Origin: Vicinamibacteria bacterium
Lineage (GTDB): Bacteria; Acidobacteriota; Vicinamibacteria; Marinacidobacterales; Marinacidobacteraceae
DNA length: 64,000 nucleotides
Direction: 5' to 3'
Assembly (NCBI GenBank): GCA_965199715.1
Contig: OZ241322.1
Location: 1,760,001-1,824,000 of the forward strand
The translations under genes were made by a program, and so were the position numbers. Positions 19,169 through 28,751 of this stretch are shown here, one piece after another. The stretch's first letter is position 1. Each line of letters starts with the position of its first letter. The notes under the pieces were generated by a model. It ran no database searches. It worked only from the letters and a program-made list of their open reading frames with translations, and was not told where the DNA came from.

Positions 19169-19237
19169 CGGGGGCGCCTCGAAAGCGCTTTGTCCGGTGA
19201 AGAGCCGGGCACGTGGGTTCGAATCCCACCCTCTCCG
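19145..19237 (+). tRNA. tRNA-Ser(CGA)
   Basis: GGAGAGG/CCTCTCC acceptor stem, anticodon loop CT-CGA-AA, long variable arm, GGTTCGAATCC; CCA not encoded. Confidence 0.93.
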
Positions 19238-19249
19238 CCGGCTGGGCTC

Positions 19250-19960
19250 AGGTCGGGGGCCGGACCACCCTCTTGGCCTCAGAGGCGAACCAATGGCGAG
19301 TGGATTTGGTTCTCTTGCCGCACACGACGGTGTATGACGATTCCTCCGTCGTCGGGTCGGAGTGCACCGTTTGGCGTCGGGAACGTGCTTGGCCGGCCGT
19401 TATGGACGCCAACCCGTAGCCGTCGTGGCCCGCGAGCGCCCTCCCTCTCGATCACGTCGCGGCGGAACACGGAGATGGGATGTTTGTCCCTGCTGTCCTG
19501 GAACGCCACCGACGTGGGCCGATGGCGACGGAACTTGTGATCGAACACCATGAATTGCCGCGGTATGCGGCGGAGCAGCTCGACGTGGCCTCCTTTCTTC
19601 CGGGAACTCCTCTCGACAGTCGTCGGGGGACGCCACGCGCTCAGTCCAGCGTTCTCCTGAGCCATTCCCGGATTCTGAGTCCCAGTTCCGCCAAGGGGGC
19701 CTCAAACTCCTCGCCCGTTGTCCGGTCCACGTCGAACCAATTCACCGACCCGTCGGGTTCGATCTCAACTTCAATGGAAACGCTGTTCCGGTGCCATTTC
19801 CGAAGCGGGGGTCAGCGGAGGATGCTCCTCGAGCAGCGGCAGCCGGTCTCGGAAACGACTCTTGAGGATACCCGCGGGGGCGGTCGTCAGATTGGCGATC
19901 GGCTTGAACTGCGCGGACAGGATGACTTCGGCCACCGGGGCCGCGCGAAATCCTGCAGGT
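19250..19960 (-). pseudogene. Two decayed hypothetical genes downstream of tRNA-Ser
   Basis: Protein-like fragments across frames (LLRRIP...RPTSVAFQD...GYGLASITAGQAR...; WHRNSVSIEVEIEPDG); lower GC. Confidence 0.45.
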
Positions 19961-20098
19961 CGGACGAGCGCGGTGCGGAACTCAGTGTGTCCTCAACCGT
20001 CTCCCCGATGGACGGTGACATTTGTTGAGACCCACGAACGCCCCGAGCGAGCTTGCGCACGCGTCAGTCAGACAAGGTACGCGTAATGCCGGCCGGAG

Positions 20099-21028
20099 TC
20101 AGGCCGCGGCGGCCTTCCAGACGTCCACGCAGGCGCCGTAGTTGGCCGCGATCCGGCTGATCGCCTCCTGCTCGTCGAGGCGGCCGGCGAGCCATTCCCC
20201 GAGCGGCTCGCGGAAGTTCGTGCGTCCCACGGCGAAGCCGATGAACCCGGTCGCGGGCGCCGCGACCCGCAGCCACTCGTGGACCTTCGTCGTATCGGAA
20301 CCCCGCCCGAGGACGATGGATCCGACCCGCGAACGGCCGTCGCGGCGAGCGGCCTCGGCGACCCTCTCCGCGTCGGTGCGTCGATCGACTCCCTCGAGCT
20401 TCCAGATGTCCGGCTCGATCCCGAAGTCCTGGATCCGGTGGATCGCCCGGACCATGTGGTCGGGACGCAGCTCGCGATCGTAGGCGTCGCCGGCCTCCCG
20501 GTCGGCGTCGGTCGTCGCCGGCACCAGCAGCTCGAACATGAACAGCCGCCGCTCGGGACCGCGCAGGTAGTCGGACGCCAGCCTCAGCCGAGTGAGCTGG
20601 ACCATCGCCGTCTCGACCGGATCGTCGGGGTGAAACCGGACCAGCACCTTCACGATGTCGGGCCGGACGAGGCGGATGTGGCTGACCCAGCTCACCCCGT
20701 ACTCGAAGTCGAAGACCGGCTGGCCGCTCTTCTCGATGCATACCGCCCGCGGGATCCCGCGCCTGGCCGCGTCGGCGAGGATCGGGGCGCCGAACTGCGC
20801 GTCCACGAGCACGCCGACCTGCTCCTTCGGCACGCCCTCGTCGATCGCCCGCAGAAGCCCCCGGTAAATCAGAGACTTCGCTGAGGCCACCGACTGGAAG
20901 CCGTCCTTCTCCGGCGCGATCGGGGGCGTGCCCGAGAAGCCGAAGAACGACCGCAGGAAACTCCCCCGGTGGTCGAACGGCTGCACGAACAGCGGCTTGT
21001 CGTAGCCGGGCGTCGGCGGGTCTGGCAT
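20099..21028 (-). CDS. DUF2090 / 2-deoxy-5-keto-gluconate-6-P aldolase-like protein (IolC C-domain family)
   Basis: PFDHRGSF, GVLVD.QFG, EKSGQ..FDFEYG, KVLVR, PDIWKLEG, LGRG, GFAVGRT. Confidence 0.85.
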   Translation of the reverse strand: MPDPPTPGYDKPLFVQPFDHRGSFLRSFFGFSGTPPIAPEKDGFQSVASAKSLIYRGLLRAIDEGVPKEQVGVLVDAQFGAPILADAARRGIPRAVCIEKSGQPVFDFEYGVSWVSHIRLVRPDIVKVLVRFHPDDPVETAMVQLTRLRLASDYLRGPERRLFMFELLVPATTDADREAGDAYDRELRPDHMVRAIHRIQDFGIEPDIWKLEGVDRRTDAERVAEAARRDGRSRVGSIVLGRGSDTTKVHEWLRVAAPATGFIGFAVGRTNFREPLGEWLAGRLDEQEAISRIAANYGACVDVWKAAAA

Positions 21029-21107
21029 GGGCGCGGCGGGCCTCCCGAAGCCGGAAAGTCTATGGCCTCGGGCGCCCGGTCCTGACTGCTAGCCTCCCCG
21101 TTTGACG

Positions 21108-23948
21108 ATGGAGCCCGATCGCATCGTGGTCCGGGGGGCCCGGCAGCACAACCTGAAGAACATCTCCGTCGGGATCCCCAAGAAGAAGCTGGTCGTCTTC
21201 TCCGGCGTGTCCGGGTCCGGCAAGTCCTCGCTCGCCCTCGACACGCTCTACGCCGAGGGACAACGGCGCTACGTCGAGTCGCTCTCCAGCTACGCCCGCC
21301 AGTTCCTCGGGCAGATGGACAAGCCCGCGTACGACACGATCCAGGGCCTGTCCCCGACGATCTCGGTGGACCAGAAGTCGGCGAGCCACAACCCGCGCTC
21401 CACGGTGGGCACGACGACCGAAATCTCCGACTACCTGCGGGTGCTGTTCGCCCGCGTCGGGTCCGCGCACTGCCCCCGCTGCGCCCGCCCGGTGCGCCCC
21501 CAGAGCGCGCCGGAGATCGTGGACGACCTTCAGGCGCTTCCGGCGGGAACCCGCTTCCTGATCCTCGCCCCGGCGGTCGTGAACCGGAAGGGCGAGTGGC
21601 GCAACCTGCTGGAGTCGGTGCTCCAGCGGGGCTACAGCCGGGCGCGCATCGACGGCGAGGTCGCGCTGCTCGAGGAAGCGCCGGCGCTCGACAAGCGCAA
21701 GAAGCACACCGTCGAGATCGTGGTCGATCGGCTCAGCCGCAACGAGGATCCGGACGACGACTGGCGGAGCCGGGTCCACGACTCGGTGGAGACGGCGCTC
21801 AAGGAAGGCGACGGCGTCCTGCTCGCGGCGATCGAGGGCGGCGACGACCGGCTCTTCTCGGAGAAGCGCGGTTGCCCCGAGTGCGGCCTCGGCTTCCCCG
21901 AGCTGACCCCGCAGTTGTTCTCGTTCAACAGCCCGCAGGGGATGTGCCCGGACTGCAACGGTCTCGGCTCGCGCAACGAGATGGACGAGGACCGGGTGGT
22001 GCCGGACCCGGAGCTGAGCGTGAACGAGGGCGCGGTGGCTCCGTGGGGCCGGCTCGACGAGAAGACCGGATGGGAGCCGTCCCGGGTGCGGGCGGTCGCG
22101 GACCGGTTCCGCATCTCGCTGGACGCTCCGTGGCGGCGGCTCGCCGTCGGCAAGCGGGAGATCCTGCTGCGCGGCGCCGGCGAGCGGCGGATTCCGGTCA
22201 AGCACAAGACCCTCCAGTGGGAGAGCCGCTGGGAGGGCGTGCTGCCGATGCTGACGCGCCGGCTCAAGGAGACCACGTCCGACCGCGCCCGCCGCTACTA
22301 CTCGACCTACCTCTCGCAGCGCCCTTGCCGGGCCTGCGGCGGTTCCCGGCTGCGCCGGGAGGCGCTCTCGGTCCGGATCGGCGGCTGGAACGTGGCCGAC
22401 CTGTCCTCGCTCTCCATCACCGACGCGCTGGACCGCCTCGACGCGCTCGACCTCGACGGCGCGGCGCTCGTCATCGGCGAGGAGCTGCTGAAGGAAATCC
22501 GCTCGCGGCTCCGGTTCCTCGCCGACGTCGGGCTCGGATACCTCTCGCTCGACCGGCTCGCCCCGAGCCTGTCGGGCGGCGAGTCCCAGCGCATCCGGCT
22601 CGCGAGCCAGATCGGCTCCGAGCTGACCGGGGTGATCTACATCCTCGACGAGCCCTCGATCGGGCTCCACGCCCGCGACAACTCCAAGCTGCTCGAGGCG
22701 CTGCGCCGCCTGCGCGACATCGGCAACACCGTAGTCGTCGTGGAGCACGACCGGGAGACCATCGAGGCCGCCGACCACGTCGTGGACTTCGGCCCCGGGG
22801 CGGGCGTCCACGGCGGCGAGGTCGTGGCCGAAGGGCCGCCGCACACGATCCGCGCCAATTCGAATTCCATCACCGGGCGCTATCTCGCCGGGACCAGCCG
22901 CATCGAGATCCCGCTCCGGCGCCGGACCTCCGGGCGCAGCATCCGCATCGTGGGCGCCCGGGCGAACAACCTCCGGAACGTCACCGTCGACATCCCGCTC
23001 GGGGTCTTCGTCGGCGTCACCGGCGTGTCCGGAGCGGGCAAGAGCTCGCTCGTGTACGAGGTGCTCCATCCGGCGCTCGCCCGGGCGCTGCACCGCTCGG
23101 ACCGCGCGGTCGGGGCGCACGACCGGATCGAGGGAATCGCCGGAATCGAACGGGTGGTCGATATCGACCAGTCTCCCATCGGACGCACGCCCCGCTCGAA
23201 CCCGGCCACCTACACCAAGGCGTTCGACGGAATCCGCCAGCTTTTCGCGGCGCTGCCGGCGGCGAAGGCCCAGGGCTACAAGCCGGGTCGGTTCTCGTTC
23301 AACGTGCCCGGCGGGCGCTGCGAGAACTGCCGCGGGGACGGGGTCATCCGGGTCGAGATGCACTTCCTCGCCGACGTGTTCGTCCCCTGCGAGGTCTGCT
23401 CGGGAAAGCGCTTCAACGACCAGACGCTGACGGTGCGCTACCGGGGACTCTCGATCGCCGAGGTGCTCGACCTGACCGTGAGCGAGGCGATCACCACCTT
23501 CGCCGCGCAGCCGGGCGTCCTCCACACGCTGCGCACGCTGGAGGACGTGGGCCTCGGCTACATTCGGCTGGGCCAGCCCTCGCCGACGCTGTCGGGCGGC
23601 GAGGCGCAGCGGGTGAAGCTCTCCCGGGAACTGGCCAAGCGGACCGGCGGCGGGGCTCTATACATCCTCGACGAGCCCACCACCGGGCTCCACTTCGACG
23701 ACATCGCGCGCCTGCTGAAGGTGCTCGAGCGCCTCGTCGAGGCAGGGAACACGGTCGTCGTCATCGAACACAACCTCGACGTCATCAAGACCGCCGACCA
23801 CATCCTCGACATCGGGCCGGACGGCGGCGAGGGCGGGGGCCGGCTCGTGGCGTCGGGAACGCCGGAAGCGGTCGCCGGGGTTCCCGAGTCCCGGACCGGC
23901 GCGTTCCTGCGCGACGTCCTCCGGCAGGAAGCGAGGCTCGTCTCGTGA
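21108..23948 (+). CDS. uvrA: Excinuclease ABC subunit A
   Basis: GARQHNLKN, GVSGSGKSS, YAEGQRRYVESLS, two ABC modules, Zn fingers; start 21102 (TTG) or 21108 (ATG). Confidence 0.98.
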   Translation: MEPDRIVVRGARQHNLKNISVGIPKKKLVVFSGVSGSGKSSLALDTLYAEGQRRYVESLSSYARQFLGQMDKPAYDTIQGLSPTISVDQKSASHNPRSTVGTTTEISDYLRVLFARVGSAHCPRCARPVRPQSAPEIVDDLQALPAGTRFLILAPAVVNRKGEWRNLLESVLQRGYSRARIDGEVALLEEAPALDKRKKHTVEIVVDRLSRNEDPDDDWRSRVHDSVETALKEGDGVLLAAIEGGDDRLFSEKRGCPECGLGFPELTPQLFSFNSPQGMCPDCNGLGSRNEMDEDRVVPDPELSVNEGAVAPWGRLDEKTGWEPSRVRAVADRFRISLDAPWRRLAVGKREILLRGAGERRIPVKHKTLQWESRWEGVLPMLTRRLKETTSDRARRYYSTYLSQRPCRACGGSRLRREALSVRIGGWNVADLSSLSITDALDRLDALDLDGAALVIGEELLKEIRSRLRFLADVGLGYLSLDRLAPSLSGGESQRIRLASQIGSELTGVIYILDEPSIGLHARDNSKLLEALRRLRDIGNTVVVVEHDRETIEAADHVVDFGPGAGVHGGEVVAEGPPHTIRANSNSITGRYLAGTSRIEIPLRRRTSGRSIRIVGARANNLRNVTVDIPLGVFVGVTGVSGAGKSSLVYEVLHPALARALHRSDRAVGAHDRIEGIAGIERVVDIDQSPIGRTPRSNPATYTKAFDGIRQLFAALPAAKAQGYKPGRFSFNVPGGRCENCRGDGVIRVEMHFLADVFVPCEVCSGKRFNDQTLTVRYRGLSIAEVLDLTVSEAITTFAAQPGVLHTLRTLEDVGLGYIRLGQPSPTLSGGEAQRVKLSRELAKRTGGGALYILDEPTTGLHFDDIARLLKVLERLVEAGNTVVVIEHNLDVIKTADHILDIGPDGGEGGGRLVASGTPEAVAGVPESRTGAFLRDVLRQEARLVS

Positions 23949-24613
23949 TCGGTTTCGCGCCGATGACCCCGATGGTCAAGCGGCTCATCTGGATCACCGG
24001 CGGAGTCTTCCTCATCCAGCTCGTGACCCCGCTGATCACCGTCGCGTTCTCGCTCTACCCGCCGGCCGTGCTCGGGCTGCAGGTGTGGCGCCTGGGAACC
24101 TACGTCTTCCTGCACGGAAGCCTCGGCCACCTGCTCGCGAACATGCTGGTGCTCTACATGTTCGGCGGGTCGCTCGAGAGCATGTGGGGTTCGCGCCGCT
24201 TCCTCCGTTACTACCTGCTGTGCGGGATCGGGGCGGGCCTCTTCACGCTCCTTCCGATCCCGGCGTTCTTCGACGCCAGCCACATCGGCGCGTCAGGAGC
24301 GGCGTACGGGCTCCTCCTCGCCTTCGGCCTGCTGTTCCCCGACGCCCGGGTGTATGTCTTCTTGGTGCTGCCGATGCGGGCGAGCCATCTCGCCGTCGTG
24401 CTCGGCTTCATCGCGCTCGCCGGCTCGCTTTCGGCCGCGAACGACGGGGTCTCGCACATCGCCCACCTCGGCGGGCTCGTGGCGGGCTACTTCCTGCTGA
24501 CCCGGATGCGGTTGATGGGCGGACGGATCGACCCGGCGCGGCGGGCGTGGCGCCGGTTCAGCTACCGGCGCAAGCGCGCCCGCTTCGAGCGCCACCAGCG
24601 CCGCGTGCACTGA
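23945..24613 (+). CDS. Rhomboid-family intramembrane serine protease
   Basis: WRL.TY.FLH, HLL.NM, GASG, AHLGG. Confidence 0.9.
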   Translation: MIGFAPMTPMVKRLIWITGGVFLIQLVTPLITVAFSLYPPAVLGLQVWRLGTYVFLHGSLGHLLANMLVLYMFGGSLESMWGSRRFLRYYLLCGIGAGLFTLLPIPAFFDASHIGASGAAYGLLLAFGLLFPDARVYVFLVLPMRASHLAVVLGFIALAGSLSAANDGVSHIAHLGGLVAGYFLLTRMRLMGGRIDPARRAWRRFSYRRKRARFERHQRRVH

Positions 24614-24614
24614 G

Positions 24615-25655
24615 TCAGGAGCAGATCCGCCGCAGCGTCTCGAGGTCCCTCGGGTCGGGGGCGCCGTCCTCGCCCGGCGGGAGCGAGACGAGCAGCGTCG
24701 TCACGCCGGCCTCCTCGTGCGCGGCTACGCCCTCGGCGATGCGCGCCGGCGGGCCGGCGAGCGTGACCTCATCCACGAGCGCGTCGGGAACGGCCGCCTC
24801 GGCCTCGGCCCGGCGACCGGACAGGAAGAGGTCCTGGATGCGGGCCGCGTCGTCGGGCCAGCCGTAGCGGGCGACGAGGTCCCGGTAGAAGTTCCGGTTC
24901 CGTGCGCCCATGCCGCCGACGTAGAAGGCGATGTCGGGTCGCATCCGATCCCGCAGCGACGCGACGTCCTCGCCGAACGCGCAGGCGACGAGCGGCGCCA
25001 CGTCGAGCGGAGCCGGGCGCTCCCGGACCGCACGCCCGGCCTCGAGCGCCGGGCCGAAGACCGAGTCGCACCGTTTCGGCGAGAACAGGAACGGGAGCCA
25101 GCCGTCGCCGATCCGCGCCGCGAGCTTGGTGTTCCTCGGTCCCATCGTCGCGAAGTAGAGGGGAAGGTCGGGCCGGAGCACGCGCATCCGCAGCTTCAGC
25201 GGCTTGCCCAGGCCGGTCTCGCCCGGAAGCGGAAGCCGGACGGACGCCCCCTCGTACGCGAGCGGCCGCTCCCGCCGGAGCGCGAGGCGAATGATCTCGG
25301 CGGTCTCCCGGAGCCGGTCGCCGGGATGACGGAACGGGATTCCGTGCCAGCCCTCCATGACCTGCGGGCCGGAGACGCCGAGGCCGAGCAGGAAGCGCCC
25401 GCCGCTGAGGCGGTCGAGCGTGGCCGCGGTCTGGGCGAGGAGCGCCGGGGTGCGCGACCCGATCGGCAGGATCGAGCTTCCGAGAGGGATGCGTTCGGTC
25501 GAGGCGGCGATGTACGCGAGCACCGAGACCGCGTCCGCTCCCCACGCCTCGGCGACCCAGACCGAATCGAACCCGGCCGTCTCCGCGCGGACGGCCGAGC
25601 GCACCGGGTCCACACCGCCCTGCCACGGCAGGCCGACGTAGAGGCCGAGGCGCAT
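24615..25655 (-). CDS. LLM class F420-dependent oxidoreductase
   Basis: VWVAEAWG.DA, LSGGRF.LGLG.SGPQV.EGWHG, GLGKPLK, YVGGMGA...NFY. Confidence 0.9.
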   Translation of the reverse strand: MRLGLYVGLPWQGGVDPVRSAVRAETAGFDSVWVAEAWGADAVSVLAYIAASTERIPLGSSILPIGSRTPALLAQTAATLDRLSGGRFLLGLGVSGPQVMEGWHGIPFRHPGDRLRETAEIIRLALRRERPLAYEGASVRLPLPGETGLGKPLKLRMRVLRPDLPLYFATMGPRNTKLAARIGDGWLPFLFSPKRCDSVFGPALEAGRAVRERPAPLDVAPLVACAFGEDVASLRDRMRPDIAFYVGGMGARNRNFYRDLVARYGWPDDAARIQDLFLSGRRAEAEAAVPDALVDEVTLAGPPARIAEGVAAHEEAGVTTLLVSLPPGEDGAPDPRDLETLRRICS

Positions 25656-26326
25656 CAGGCGGCGGGGGCGTCCACGCCGTAGCGCGGGCAGTCGTCCGCC
25701 AGCGCGCACTCCCCGCAGCGGGGCTTGCGGGCCGGGCAGACGCCGCGCCCGTGCAGGATGATCCGGTGGCTGAACCCCACCCAGTGGGTGCGGGGCAGCA
25801 ACGCCATGAGCCGCTTCTCGGTGTGCGCGGGGTTCTTCTTCGGGGCCAGCCCGAGCCGGGCGGCGATGCGGAAGACGTGGGTATCGACGACCACGCCCTC
25901 GGCCTTCGCGAAACAGACCCCGAGCACCACGTTGGCGGTCTTGCGCGCCACTCCGGGAAGGGTCAGCAGATCCTTCATGCGCCGGGGAACCTCGCCCCCG
26001 AACTCGTCGCGGATGCGCTGCGCCGCGCCGACCAGCGACCGCGCCTTGTTCCGGAAGAAGCCGGTCGAGTGGATCAGGTCCTCAAGCTCCTGGGGACGCG
26101 CTTCGGCGAGCGCGGCCGCGTCGGGGTACCGGGCGAAGAGCGCGGGCGTGACGATGTTCACCCGGCGGTCGGTGCACTGCGCCGAAAGGATCGTCGCGAC
26201 CAGAAGCTGGAACGCCGACTCGTGATGGAGCGCGCACTCCGCTTCGGGGTACTCCCTGTTGAGGAGGCGCGAGATCCGCCGGGCGCGCCGTCGCTCGGCC
26301 GCCTCCACGACCTCGGCGGAGGGCAC
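25655..26326 (-). CDS. nth: Endonuclease III
   Basis: LLVATILSAQCTD, LPGVARKTANV, VDTHV, C.ARKP.C..C.....C. Confidence 0.95.
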   Translation of the reverse strand: MPSAEVVEAAERRRARRISRLLNREYPEAECALHHESAFQLLVATILSAQCTDRRVNIVTPALFARYPDAAALAEARPQELEDLIHSTGFFRNKARSLVGAAQRIRDEFGGEVPRRMKDLLTLPGVARKTANVVLGVCFAKAEGVVVDTHVFRIAARLGLAPKKNPAHTEKRLMALLPRTHWVGFSHRIILHGRGVCPARKPRCGECALADDCPRYGVDAPAA

Positions 26327-26330
26327 CGGG

Positions 26331-27113
26331 TCAGAGGGGAGCGTCGGCGGGCGGCGAGGACGCGGTCGCGTAGCGGCGGCGCGGCATCCGCCCGGCGAGG
26401 AACGCGAGCCGCCCGGCCTCGACGCCGTGGCGCACGGCCCGCGCCATCGCGACCGGGCGCCGCGCCGCGGCGACGGCGGTGTTGAGCAGCACCCCGTCGG
26501 CGCCGAGCTCCATCGCGACGGCCACGTCCGACGCGGTTCCGACCCCCGCGTCCACGATGACCGGGATCGAGACCGCTTCCCGGATGAGGGTGACGTTGTT
26601 GCGGTTCTGGATCCCGAGACCGGAGCCGATCGGAGCCCCGAGCGGCATCACCGCCGCCGCGCCGGCGTCCTCCAGCTTCTTGGCCATGACCACGTCGTCG
26701 TTCGTGTACGGAAGCACCACGAAGCCGTCCGCGACCAGCTCGCGCGTCGCCTTGAGCAGCTCCTCGTTGTCGGGATAGAGGGTCTTGCGGTCGCCGATGA
26801 CCTCCAGCTTGACCCACGCCGAGAGCCCGGCCTCCCGCCCGAGCCGGGCGGTGCGCACCGCCTCGGCGGCGGTGAAGCAGTCGGCCGTGTTGGGGAGCAG
26901 CGCCAGCCGGTCGCGGGGGATGAAGTCCAGGAGCGTGCGCCTGGCCTCGAGGTCCACCCGGCGCACCGCGACGGTGACCATTTCGCAACCGGAGGCCTCG
27001 TGGCACTCGCGCATGAGCTCGTTCGAGGCGTACTTGCCGGTGCCGAGGATGAGCCGCGAGCCGAACGCGCGGCCCGCGATGGTCAGGGGCGCGTCGTCCA
27101 CCGGTTCAGCCAC
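26331..27113 (-). CDS. thiG: Thiazole synthase
   Basis: [41 protein letters not shown]. Confidence 0.97.
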   Translation of the reverse strand: MAEPVDDAPLTIAGRAFGSRLILGTGKYASNELMRECHEASGCEMVTVAVRRVDLEARRTLLDFIPRDRLALLPNTADCFTAAEAVRTARLGREAGLSAWVKLEVIGDRKTLYPDNEELLKATRELVADGFVVLPYTNDDVVMAKKLEDAGAAAVMPLGAPIGSGLGIQNRNNVTLIREAVSIPVIVDAGVGTASDVAVAMELGADGVLLNTAVAAARRPVAMARAVRHGVEAGRLAFLAGRMPRRRYATASSPPADAPL

Positions 27114-27324
27114 CGCCGACGAAGGTCACGATCTCGACCCGGTCGCCCTCGCGGATCGGCGTCTCGGCGTGATGCTGGCGGCGCACCAGGGCGCCGTTCA
27201 GCTCCACGGCCACCGGCCGCGCGCCGAGTCCGAGCGATTCGAGCGCGCTGCGGACCGAGACCGGAGCGGGAAACACCCGCGGCTTCCCGTTCAGGGCGAT
27301 GCGCACGGACGGCTGCGGCTCCAT
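27106..27324 (-). CDS. thiS: Sulfur carrier protein ThiS
   Basis: [20 protein letters not shown]. Confidence 0.93.
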   Translation of the reverse strand: MEPQPSVRIALNGKPRVFPAPVSVRSALESLGLGARPVAVELNGALVRRQHHAETPIREGDRVEIVTFVGGG

Positions 27325-28718
27325 CAAGTCTTCTCGAATGGTAACCCCGCCATCAGCCCCTGGAGCAGGTCCGCGAGCTCCTCGATCTCGCCCGGAAGCA
27401 GCGTGCGCGGATCGAGCAGGACCATCCCGTCGCGCACCCGCGCGGCGACCGGCGGATCGCCCGAAAGCAGCGTCCGTCGAATCGTCTCGGCGGAAAGGCC
27501 GGTCCGCGACAGCGCGAGGCAGACCGTGGGGAGCTCGGCTTGCGGAGCCGCGCCGCCGCCGACCCGCGACGCGCCGGCCACGGCTTCCACGGTCCAGCCG
27601 GGGGGCGGGTCGAGCCGGTCCCGGAGCGCTTCGGTCTCGCGCCTCAACTCCTCGAGCGGGCGGGCGAGCGCCCGCAGCACCGGGACTTCCTCCTGCGCCT
27701 GCCCCGAGGCGTGGCTTCCCAGCGTGGCGACGAGCCCGGCGATCGCGGTCTTGTCGGCCCGCAGCGCCCGCGCCAGCGGGTTCGTCCGGCAACGGGCGAT
27801 CCACTCGGGTGCGCCGAGCAGGACCCCGGCCTGCGGTCCGCCGAGCAGCTTGTCCCCGGAGAAGATCACGAGGTCCGGCCCCGCAGCGAGGCATCCCTCG
27901 ATCGTGGGTTCGTCCGCGCCGTCGAGGTGGACCGTGTTGCCGCTCCCGAAGTCCTCCACCACCGGAATCCCGAAGTCCGCCCCGAGCTGCGCAAGCTCGC
28001 GGGTCGAGGCCGATTCGGTGAAGCCCACGATCCGGAAGTTGGACGGGTGGACCCGAAGCAGCGCCGCGATTCCCTCCTCGGTCTCGAGCGCCCTCCGGTA
28101 GTCGGCGATCCGGGTGCGGTTCGTCGTCCCCACCTCGACGAGGCCGGCGCCGCTGCGCTTCATGATCTCGGGGATCCGGAACGAGCCGCCGATCTCGACC
28201 AGCTCGCCCCGGGACACCACGACCTTCCGGCCCCGCGCCACGGTGTCCAGCGCGAGCAGCACCGCGCCCGCCGCGTTGCCCACGACGAGCGCGGCGCGCC
28301 CGGGAAACATCGTGGCGACGAGGTCGGCGACATGATCCTGCCGGCTGCCGCGCCCGCCGGTCCCGAGGTCGAACTCGAGGTCGGTATAGGAGGTCGCGGC
28401 CTCGAACATGGCGGCGGCCGCCGCCGGAGAGACCGGCGAGCGCCCGAGGTTCGTGTGCACGACTACGCCGGTGGCGTTCACGACCCGCCGCAGGCCGGCA
28501 GCACGCAGGCGGTCGCGGGTGCCGGACGCGAGGCGCTGCGCCTCGAGGGAGCTCGCGGGAACCGCTTCGCCGTCTTGGATCGAACGCCGGACCGCGCCCA
28601 GCTCGGCGCGCAGCGCCGCCTTGACCGGTCCTCGTCCGAATCGGGCCGCGAGCGCCCGGAACGGCTCGGTCTCGAGGAGCCGCCCGACCGCGGGAATGCT
28701 CTCGGGAGACGGCCGCAT
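27324..28718 (-). CDS. selA: L-seryl-tRNA(Sec) selenium transferase
   Basis: VVNATGVVVHTNLGR, SRGELVEIGGSFRIPE, EVGTTNRT, HPSNF, FSGDKLLGGPQAG, RALR.DK. Confidence 0.96.
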   Translation of the reverse strand: MRPSPESIPAVGRLLETEPFRALAARFGRGPVKAALRAELGAVRRSIQDGEAVPASSLEAQRLASGTRDRLRAAGLRRVVNATGVVVHTNLGRSPVSPAAAAAMFEAATSYTDLEFDLGTGGRGSRQDHVADLVATMFPGRAALVVGNAAGAVLLALDTVARGRKVVVSRGELVEIGGSFRIPEIMKRSGAGLVEVGTTNRTRIADYRRALETEEGIAALLRVHPSNFRIVGFTESASTRELAQLGADFGIPVVEDFGSGNTVHLDGADEPTIEGCLAAGPDLVIFSGDKLLGGPQAGVLLGAPEWIARCRTNPLARALRADKTAIAGLVATLGSHASGQAQEEVPVLRALARPLEELRRETEALRDRLDPPPGWTVEAVAGASRVGGGAAPQAELPTVCLALSRTGLSAETIRRTLLSGDPPVAARVRDGMVLLDPRTLLPGEIEELADLLQGLMAGLPFEKT

Positions 28719-28724
28719 CCGGCG

Positions 28725-28741
28725 AGATTAGCCGGTAGCAT
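28725..28741. promoter_or_regulatory. Back-to-back -10 elements for divergent selA and purH
   Basis: TAATCT (minus) 6 nt before the selA ATG; TAGCAT (plus) 10 nt before the purH GTG; 33-nt intergenic region without SD. Confidence 0.55.
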
Positions 28742-28751
28742 CCTCCGCCCC

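Noticed and set aside
27322-27326. selA UGA read-through as selenocysteine into thiS
   Set aside because: thiS is in a different frame and no SECIS-like hairpin is evident
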